From NCBI RefSeq assembly GCF_964355755.1, contig NC_092677.1, positions 2,378,101 through 2,442,100 on the forward strand: a stretch of DNA of 64,000 nucleotides, read 5' to 3'. The stretch is from Antedon mediterranea (Eukaryota > Animalia > Echinodermata). This document shows, piece after piece, positions 54,201-64,000 of this stretch (within the stretch, counting starts at the first letter, position 1; each line of letters starts with the position of its first letter). The notes below the pieces were generated by a model, which made no database searches, had not been told where the DNA came from, and saw only the letters and a program-made list of their open reading frames with translations. Position numbers and translations under genes: made by a program.

Positions 54201-57200
54201 CGATATGTTGACAAAGTTACAATATGTTCTGTTTACACGTTTTAGAGAAACGCGACGCACAAAAATGACAGAAAGAAAGAAGTATAATACAGAAAAAAAA
54301 TTTGATGAAACAGGACGATTACAAGGAGTTATCCGCTACTAAGCGGATAACTAACTAGACATGAAACTCGTCACGTTGACGAGTTAGTTATCCGCTCGAC
54401 AAACGCCACGCGCACGTCATACGTTAGAATATTGCACACAGAAAAATATTAAGGCATTATGACCTGAACTGAAGAATATGATATGCTGTTAGTGCTGAAT
54501 TCTGTCAATTTTGTGTCATATAGTATATACATGCAAACAGTATAATCTGTATACATATTACATACAGTGTAGAATAGGTGAAATTACGGGACCCGCCATT
54601 TATTCCAATTTTTAACATGGCGACGGTATCAAAATGAAACACTTAGATAGCAATTTCAGAAGGAAATTATCTCAGGAACAACATATTAACGTGTAGAAGA
54701 AATTTGAATACGTAAAATATAGATGCGCACCCTTTTAAATGTGATGAACTATTACGCAAAATATGAAAATACGTCTTTTTTTATTCAACTGGCCATATGA
54801 TGACGTCCCAACATCCGATTGGCAAAATGTTTACATGAATTCGTATCTACAATCCAATAGCTTCCAGAAAACGTTTTAATCGTGATTATCACATTTTATT
54901 CTGATGAGCTATAACAGATTAAAATTTACTGTAAAGATAAATATAAGTGACCCACGTTATTTATATTTTTAGACATTATGACGTCATAAAAATAAAAAAA
55001 TGTTTACTCTTGCGTAAGATAGTTGATTGACCTAGAAAATTTCAAAATCTGGGTTAAAATGGAATACGGATAAGTGGAGAAGCGCTCTATTAAATGAGAT
55101 GCGCTATGACGAAAGATACAAAAATCCTATATTTTATATTCGCGTGGCCATACGATGACGTCACAATGTCCGGTTTGCCATATCAATGCATGATTCCTTA
55201 TCTACAACTTATCATCTTCCTGGATATGTAATTTAAACAAAGTTCACCTCGTAGTTTAGAATCTATGATTGTTTAAAAAAAGGTATAATTTTGACAAATG
55301 TTTGAACTTTTTCCTCAAAAACGCACATAAATTATCCAATTCGACGTGCCCGTATGACGTAATTTGAAGTCGAAATTGTTTCAAAGTTGGTAAAATTACT
55401 ATAAAAGGCTTGAAAACATAAATCACGAGAGAAAAATGGTTTTCAACGCTACGTTCGCACCGCGCGCGTAAAAAAAAGCGCGCGCGTGGGAATTTTTTAC
55501 ATGCTTAAAATGACATGAAACACGTAGAAAGTTGATTAGAAATTGATTTTTCGCATTTTGAATTTTAAATTAGCGTGCGCGCGTAACTTTGTGTAAAACA
55601 CGCAATTTTTTATCCACAGAAAGTTAGCGCATGATATAAATTAAACTTTTGCTAAGTTTCAATTTAAATTGTTATATGGTTTTAAATCTATGTTAAATAC
55701 GCGAAATTCATAAAATTGTGCGTAAGTCACGTTGCGCATTTCTCACGTCATTCACAATAGGAGGTGCACAACTTCACGTGAATGCCCATATGTTGACAAA
55801 GTTATGAAATGTTATGTTTACACGTTTTTTAGATACGCGAGACACAAAAATAGAGGAGAAATGCGCGTGCGCGCGTAACGTCTTGTAAAACATGGCATTT
55901 TTAATCCACAAAAAGTTTTCCCTTGATATGACTTAAATTTTTACAAAGTGTCAAAACAAATTTATGCTTGGTTTTTAGTCTATGATCAATCATAAAAAAT
56001 CATAAAATCGCACGTAAGTCACGTTGCGCAACTCTGACGTCATTCAAAAATAGGAGGTGCACAACTTCACGTAAATGCCCATATGTTGACAAAGTAATGA
56101 AATGTTATGTTTACAAGTTTTTGAGATACGTGAGACACAAAAATGAGGGAGAAAGAAATAAGAAAAAAAAAAAAAAAAAGTAACAGGACGATTACAAGCA
56201 GTTATCCGCTACTAAGCGGATAACTAACTAGACATGAAACTCGTCACTTTGACGAGTTAGTTATCCGCACGACAAACGCCACGTGCACGTCATACGTTGG
56301 AATATTGCACACGGAAAAAGATTATGGCATTGTGACCTGAACTGAAGAATATGATATGTTTTTATTGCTGAATTCTGTTATTTTGTGTCATATAGTATAC
56401 ACAGTATAATCTGTATACATATCACATACAGTGTAGAATAGGTGAAATTACGGGACCCGCTATTTATTCAAATTTTTAACATATTGACGGTTTCAAAATG
56501 AAACGCGAATGTAGCAATTTCGGAAGGAAATTATCTCAGCAACAACATATTAACGTGTGGAAGAAATCTTTTAAATGTAATGAACTATGACGCAAAAGAT
56601 GAAAATACGACTTTTTTTATTTAACTGGCCATATGATGACGTCACAACATCCGATTGGCAAAATGTTTACATGATTTCGTATCTACAATCCAATAGCTTC
56701 CAGAAAACATTTTAATCGTGATTATCCCATTTTGTTCTTACGAGCGATAACAGATTAAAATTTACTGTAAAGATGAAATTAATGACCCAAGTAATTAACA
56801 TTTTTAGGCATGATGACGTTACAAATATTAAAATATTTTTAACTCATGCGAAAGGTAGTTGATTGACCTAGACAATATTAAAATCTCGGAGAAAATGGAA
56901 TACGGATAAGCGTGATGCGCTCCATTGAATGTGATGAGCAATAACGAAAGAGACAAAAATCCTATATTTTATATTCGTGTGGCCATACGATGACGTCAAA
57001 ATATCCTGTTAGCCATATTAATGTATGATTTGATATCTACAACTCATCAACTTCCAGAATATGTAATAAAAATAACTTTCACCGTTTAGTTTAGAAACTA
57101 CGACTGTTTAAAAAAAGGCATAATTTTGACGATTTTTTTAGCTTTTTGATCAAAAACGCGCGTAAATTTTCCAATTCGACGTGCTCGTATGACGTAATTT

Positions 57201-57847
57201 AAAGTCACAAATGGTTTTAAAATGGTAAAATTACTCTAGAAGGCTGGAAAAACATAATTCATGAGAAAAAAAGATGTTTTTCACGGTACGTGGCCACCGC
57301 GCGCGTAAAAAAATGCGTGCACGTGGGAATTTTTGACATGCGCGAAATGTCATGAGTCGTGTAAAAAGTTGATTAAAAATTAATTTTACGCATTTTGAAA
57401 CTTTAACTGCGCGTGCGCGCGTAACTTCTTGTAAAACATGCCATTTTTAATCAATAAAAAGTTTGCACTTGATATGACTTAAATTTTCACAAAGTGTCAA
57501 AACTAAATTATGCTTGGTTTTTAGTCTATGAGCAATCATAAAAAATCATAAAATCGCGCGTAAGTCACGTTGCGCAACTCTGACGTCATTCAAAAATAGG
57601 AGGTGCACAACTTCACGTAAATGCCCATATGTTGACAAAGTTATGAAATGTTATGTTTACCCATTTTAGAGATACGCTCTGCACAAAAAGTGAGGGAGAA
57701 AGACAGAAGAATAATATAAAATTGAAACAGGACGATTACAAGGAGTTATCCGCTACTAAGCGGATAACTAATAATACAGAAAAGAAAAAAAAATATGATG
57801 AAACAGGACGATTACAAGGAGTTATCCGCTACTAAGCGGATAACTAA
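51265..57847 (-). mobile_element. Element A1 (pieces 57847-57772 and 52774-51265), nested in B1
   Basis: Rejoins as ctgtatta|ttcttctttc, which is the consensus. Confidence 0.8.
52775..57771 (-). mobile_element. Head-to-tail trimer of complete, non-identical elements A2 (57771-56228), A3 (56227-54355) and A4 (54354-52775), nested in A1
   Basis: Junctions read ...catgtctag|ttagttatccgc on the minus strand with no intervening base. Confidence 0.87.
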
Positions 57848-57855
57848 TAAAAAGT

Positions 57856-57888
<33 letters not shown>

Positions 57889-58088
57889 CGTACAATCACA
57901 AGAGGTTATCCTGCAACTTCGTTGCGGATAACCAATAACAGAATTCAGCAATAACAACATATCATATTCTTCAGTTCAGGTCATATTGCCACAATCTTTT
58001 TCTGTGTGCAATATTCTAACGTATGACGTCTACGTGGCCTTTGTCGTGCGGATAACTAACTCGTCAAAGTGACGAGTTACATGTCTAG

Positions 58089-58135
58089 TTGGTTATCCGC
58101 AACGAAGTTGCAGGATAACCTCTTGTGATTGTACG

Positions 58136-58168
<33 letters not shown>

Positions 58169-61138
58169 ACTTTTTATTAGTTATCCGCTTAGTAGCGGAT
58201 AACTCCTTGTAATCGTCCTGTTTCAATTTTATATTATTCTTCTGTCTTTCTCCCTCACTTTTTGTGCAGAGCGTATCTCTAAAATGGGTAAACATAACAT
58301 TTCATAACTTTGTCAACATATGGGCATTTACGTGAAGTTGTGCACCTCCTATTTTTGAATGACGTCAGAGTTGCGCAACGTGACTTACGCGCGATTTTAT
58401 GATTTTTTATGATTGCTCATAGACTAAAAACCAAGCATAATTTAGTTTTGACACTTTGTGAAAATTTAAGTCATATCAAGTGCAAACTTTTTATTGATTA
58501 AAAATGGCATGTTTTACAAGAAGTTACGCGCGCACGCGCAGTTAAAGTTTCAAAATGCGTAAAATTAATTTTTAATCAACTTTTTACACGACTCATGACA
58601 TTTCGCGCATGTCAAAAATTCCCACGTGCACGCATTTTTTTACGCGCGCGGTGGCCACGTACCGTGAAAAACATCTTTTTTTCTCATGAATTATGTTTTT
58701 CCAGCCTTCTAGAGTAATTTTACCATTTTAAAACCATTTGTGACTTTAAATTACGTCATACGAGCACGTCGAATTGGAAAATTTACGCGCGTTTTTGATC
58801 AAAAAGCTAAAAAAATCGTCAAAATTATGCCTTTTTTTAAACAGTCGTAGTTTCTAAACTAAACGGTGAAAGTTATTTTTATTACATATTCTGGAAGTTG
58901 ATGAGTTGTAGATATCAAATCATACATTAATATGGCTAACAGGATATTTTGACGTCATCGTATGGCCACACGAATATAAAATATAGGATTTTTGTCTCTT
59001 TCGTTATTGCTCATCACATTCAATGGAGCGCATCACGCTTATCCGTATTCCATTTTCTCCGAGATTTTAATATTGTCTAGGTCAATCAACTACCTTTCGC
59101 ATGAGTTAAAAATATTTTAATATTTGTAACGTCATCATGCCTAAAAATGTTAATTACTTGGGTCATTAATTTCATCTTTACAGTAAATTTTAATCTGTTA
59201 TCGCTCGTAAGAACAAAATGGGATAATCACGATTAAAATGTTTTCTGGAAGCTATTGGATTGTAGATACGAAATCATGTAAACATTTTGCCAATCGGATG
59301 TTGTGACGTCATCATATGGCCAGTTAAATAAAAAAAGTCGTATTTTCATCTTTTGCGTCATAGTTCATTACATTTAAAAGAACGCGCATCAATATTTCAC
59401 GTGTTCAAATTTCTTCCACACGTTAATATGTTGTTGCTGAGATAATTTCCTTCCGAAATTGCTACATTCGCGTTTCATTTTGAAACCGTCAATATGTTAA
59501 AAATTTGAATAAATAGCGGGTCCCGTAATTTCACCTATTCTACACTGTATGTGATATGTATACAGATTATACTGTGTATACTATATGACACAAAATAACA
59601 GAATTCAGCAATAAAAACATATCATATTCTTCAGTTCAGGTCACAATGCCATAATCTTTTTCCGTGTGCAATATTCCAACGTATGACGTGCACGTGGCGT
59701 TTGTCGTGCGGATAACTAACTCGTCAAAGTGACGAGTTTCATGTCTAGTTCTTCTTCTTTCTTTCTGTATGATTTTTGTGTAACGCTTTTCTCTAAAACT
59801 CGCAAACATAACATTTCGGTAACTATGTTAACATTTTGACATTTATGTAACGTCGTCAAGCGAAGCTTTTCATGATGTTTACAATTGCGCAACGTGACGT
59901 ACGCGCGATTTAACGATTTTCTCGTATCTAACATATGTCGAAAACCAAATAACATTTTAAAGTGAAACTTTGCAAAAGTTTAATTTATATCATGCGCTAA
60001 CTTTCTGTTGAAAAAAAATTGCGTGTTTTACACAAAGTTACGCGCGCACGCGTATTTAAAATTTCAAAATGCGCAAAATTAATTTATAATCAACTTTCTA
60101 CGCGTTTTATGTCGTTTTAAGCATGTCAAAAATTCCCACGCGTGCGCACATTTTTACGTGTGCGGTGCGCACGTAGCATTGAAAACGTATTTTTTTCGCG
60201 TGATTTATGTTTTTCCAGCCTTTTCTAGCAATTTTACCAAATTTTAAACAATTTCGACTTAAAGATACGTCATACGAGCACGTCGAATTGGACAATTTGC
60301 GCGCGTTTTTTATGAAAAGGTCAAAAAATTCGTTTAAAATATGCCTTTTTTTAAACAGTCGTAATTTCTCAACTAGACGGTCAACTTTTTGTGGATGACA
60401 TATTCTGGAAGTAGATGAGTTGTAGATATCGGATCAGGTATTAATATGGCTAACCGGACATTGTGACGTCATCGTATGGCCACGCGAATATAAAATTTAG
60501 GATTTTTGTATCTTTCGTCATAACTCATCACATTGAATAGAGCGCATCTCCACCTATTCGTTTTCCATTTTCACCCTGATTTTGATATTGTCTAGGTCAA
60601 TCAACTATCTTTCGCATGAGTTAAAAATATTTTAATTTTTTTGACGTCATCATGCCTAAAAATTTAAATCACGTGTGGCATCAATTTCATCTTTACAGTA
60701 AATTTTAATCTGTTATAGCTCGTAAGAATAAAATGTGATAATCACGATTAAAACTTTTTCTGGAAGCTATTGGATTGTAGATACGAAATTATGTAAAAAT
60801 GTTGCCAATCGGATGTTGTGACGTCATCATATGGCCAGTTAAATGAAAAAGGTCGTATTTTCATCTTTTGCGTCATAATTCATTACATTTAAAAGAGCGC
60901 GCATCAATATTTCACGTATTCAAATTTCTTCTACACGCTAATACGTTGTTGCTGAGATAATTTCCTTTCGGAATTGCTACCTTCGCGTTTTATTTTAAAA
61001 CCGTCAACATGTTAAAAATTGCAATAAATAGCAGGTCCCGTAATTTCACCTATTCTACACTGTATGTCACTGTATGTGATATGGATACAGAATATACTGT
61101 GTATACTATATATGAATTTAAATAATAAAATTCAGCAA
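58089..61138 (+). mobile_element. Element B2 (58089-58176, 59749-61138, remainder beyond window) carrying complete element A5 (58177-59748)
   Basis: B-type 5' hairpin follows directly after the A0 CTAG. A5 has both termini. B2 is interrupted at ttcagcaa|ctag. Confidence 0.85.
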
Positions 61139-64000
61139 CTAGACATGTAACTCGTCACTTTGACGAGTTTGGTTATCCGCCGCGCCGCGCAAGTGGTGCA
61201 ACATTAACATTAAGGGGATAGGTTGAGGACAAAAGGAAGTGTTCACGTTGGTATTATGACCTGAACTGAAGAATATGATATGTTGTTATTGCTGAATTTT
61301 ATTATTTAAATTCATATATAGTATACACAGTATAATCTGTATCCATATCACATACAGTGTAGAATAGGTGAAATTACGGGACCCGCTATTTATTGCAATT
61401 TTTAACATGTTGACGGTTTTAAAATGAAACGCGAAGGTAGCAATTCCGAAAGGAAATTATCTCAGCAACAACGTATTAGCGTGTAGAAGAAATTTGAATA
61501 CGTGAAATATTGATGCGCGCTCTTTTAAATGTAATGAATTATGACGCAAAAGATGAAAATACGACCTTTTTTATTTAACTGGCCATATGATGACGTCACA
61601 ACATCCGATTGGCAAAATTTTTACATAATTTCGTATCTACAATCCAATAGCTTCAAGACAAAGTTTTAATCGTGATTATCACATTTTATTCTTACGAGCT
61701 ATAACAGATTAAAATTTACTGTAAAGATGAAATTAATGCCACACGTGATTTAAATTTTTAAGGACGATGACGTAAAAAAAATTAAAATAACTTTAACTCA
61801 TGCGAAAGATAGTTGATTGACCTAGACAATATCAAAATCGGGGTAAAAATGGAAAACGGATAAGTGGAGATGCGCTCTATTCAATATGATGAGCTATGAC
61901 GAAAGATACAAAATCCTAAATTTTATATTTGCGTGGCCATACGATGACATCACAATGTCCGGTTAGCCATATTAATACCTGATCCAATATCTACAACTCA
62001 TCTACTTCCAGAAAATGCCATCCACAAAAAGTTGACCGTTTAGTTTAGAAATTACGACTGTTTAAAAAAAGGCATATTTTAAACGAATTTTTTAACGTTT
62101 TCATAAAAAACGCGCGCAAATTGTCCAATTCGACGTGCTCGTATGACGTATCTTTAAGTCAAAATTGTTTAAAATTTGGTAAAATTACTAGAAAAGGCTG
62201 GAAAAACATAAATCACGCGAAAAAAATACGTTTTCAATGCTACGTGCGCTCCGCACACGTAAAAATGTGCGCATGCGTGGGAATTTTTGACATGCTTAAA
62301 CCGATAAGAAACGCGTAGAAAGTTGATTAGAAATTAATTTTGCGCATTTTGAAATTTTAAATGCGCGTGCGCGCGTAACTTTGTGTAAAACACGCAATTT
62401 TTTTTCAACAGAAAGTTAGCGCATGATATAAATTAAACTTTTGCAAAGTTTCACTTTAAAATGTTATTTGGTTTTCGACATATGTTAAATACGAGAAAAT
62501 CGTTAAATCGCGCGTACGTCACGTTGCGCGATTGTAAACATCATGAAAAGCTTCGCTTGACGACGTTACATAAATGTCAAAATGTTAACATAGTTAACAA
62601 AATGTTATGTTTGCAAGTTTTAGAGAAAAGCGTTACACAAAAATCATACAGAAAGAAAGAAGATTAAGAAAAAGACTAGACATGTAACTCGTCACTTTGA
62701 CGAGTTTGGTTATCCGCCGCGCAAGTGGTGCAACATTAACATTAAGGGGATAGGTTGAGGACAAAAGGAAGTGTTCACGTTGGCATTATGATCTGAACTG
62801 AAGAATATGATATGTTGTTATTGCTGAATTTTATTATTTAAATTCATATATAGTATACACAGTATATTCTGTATCCATATCACATACAGTGACATACAGT
62901 GTAGAATAGGTGAAATTACGGGACCTGCTATTTATTGCAATTTTTAAGATGTTGATGGTTTTAAAATGAAAAGCGAAGTTAGCAATTCCGAAAGCAAATT
63001 ATCTCAGCAACAACGTATTAGCGTGTAGAAGAAATTTGAATACGTTAAATATTGATGCGCGCTCTTTTAAATGTAATGAATTATGACGAAAAAGATGAAA
63101 ATACGACCTTTTTTATTTAACTGGCCATATGATGACGTCACAACATCCGATTGGCAACATTTTTACATAATTTCATATCTACAATCCAATAGCTTCCAGA
63201 AAAAGTTTTAATCGTGATTATCACATTTTATTCTTACGAGCTATAACAGATTAAAATTTACTGTAAAGATGAAATTGATGCCACACGTGATTTAAATTTT
63301 TAGGCATGATGACGTCAAAAAAATTAAAATATTTTTAACTCATGCGAAAGATAGTTGATTGACCTAGACAATATCAAAATCGGGGTGAAAATGGAAAACG
63401 GATAAGTGGAGATGCGCTCTATTCAATGTGATGAGCTATGACGAAAGATATAAAAATACTAAATTTTATATTCGCGTGGCCATACGATGACGTCACAATG
63501 TCCGGTTAGCCATATTAATACCTGATCCGATATCTACAACTCATCTACTTCCAGAATATGTCATCCACAAAAATTTGACCGTCTAGTTTAGAAATTACGA
63601 CTGTTTAAAAAAAGGCATATTTTAAACGAATTTTTTAACCTTTTTATAAAAAACGCGCGCAAATTGTTCAATTCGACGTGCTCGTATGACGTATCTTTAA
63701 GTCGAAATTGTTTAAAATTTGGTAAAATTACTAGAAAAGGCTGGAAAAACATAAATCACGCGAAAAAAATACGTTTTCAATGCTACGTGCGCATCGCACA
63801 CGTAGAAATGTGCGCACGCGTGGGAATTTTTGACATGCTTAAAATGACATGAAACGCGTAGAAAGTTGATTATAAATTAATTTTGCGCATTTTGAAATTT
63901 TAAATGTGCGTGCGCGCGTAACTTTGTGTAAAACACGCAATTTTTTTTCAACAGAAATTTAGCGCATGATATAAATTAAACTTTTGAAAAGTTTCACTTT
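61139..64000 (-). mobile_element. Elements B3 (3' end at 61139, body to 62675) and B4 (3' end at 62676); 5' ends beyond the window
   Basis: Two B-type 3' termini (ctagacatgtaactcgtcactttgacgagtttggttatccgc on +); B4 sits in the microsatellite of B3. Confidence 0.82.

Larger units (their letters stand above)
49730..57935 (-). mobile_element. Element B1 (pieces 57935-57848 and 51264-49730), nested in A0
   Basis: 5' ttggttatccgc matches 3' gcggataaccaa; (atc)10 microsatellite. Confidence 0.85.
46400..58088 (+). mobile_element. Element A0, in three pieces (46400-46463, 48358-49729, 57936-58088; about 1.59 kb)
   Basis: Pieces rejoin to the family consensus: poly-T|ctgtattatt and gacacaaaa|taacagaattc. 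Confidence 0.85.
46331..64000. mobile_element. Nest of at least 12 non-autonomous Helitron2/Helentron-like (HINE-type) elements; extends past the right edge
   Basis: Each unit has a 5' TT, a subterminal IR folded into a hairpin, a microsatellite, a ~1.5-kb non-coding body, a 3' subterminal IR, the stem-loop aactcgtca-aag-tgacgagtt and terminal CTAG. No target duplications. Ten 5' ends and ten 3' ends are in the window. Confidence 0.88.

Noticed and set aside
46331-64000. Recurring 60-79 aa ORFs as a multigene family, or an autonomous Rep/Helicase or Fanzor gene
   Set aside because: The ORFs are short, vary between copies and show no recognisable domain. They recur only because the element bodies repeat. 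No long ORF exists in the nest.
46331-64000. Simple 1.5-kb satellite or segmental duplication
   Set aside because: Defined termini, mixed orientation and precise resumption of interrupted hosts show discrete nested insertions.

Overview
AT-rich, intron-containing animal genomic DNA, probably from a marine invertebrate (taxon not determinable here). Splice sites read by hand support four spliced genes: the 5' three exons of a PDE9A-like phosphodiesterase (-, running off the left edge); a 7-exon, 261-aa C2orf73-like gene (+) head-to-head with it across an interval with several RFX X-box-like motifs; a 12-exon mitochondrial 3-oxoacyl-ACP synthase OXSM (-, 443 aa); and a 4-coding-exon ERF/ETV3-family ETS repressor (-, 697 aa). 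Also present are a decayed L2 LINE, RTE-like LINE tails, Tourist-like MITEs and several minisatellites. The last 17.7 kb (46331-64000) looks like a satellite but parses as a nest of at least 12 non-autonomous Helitron2/Helentron-type (HINE-like) elements of about 1.6 kb, up to five levels deep. Most insertions are at TTA^TT. Because elements begin with TT, each insertion recreates the target, which would give polar, head-to-tail growth. Homology calls come from recalled family sequences; no database search was run.
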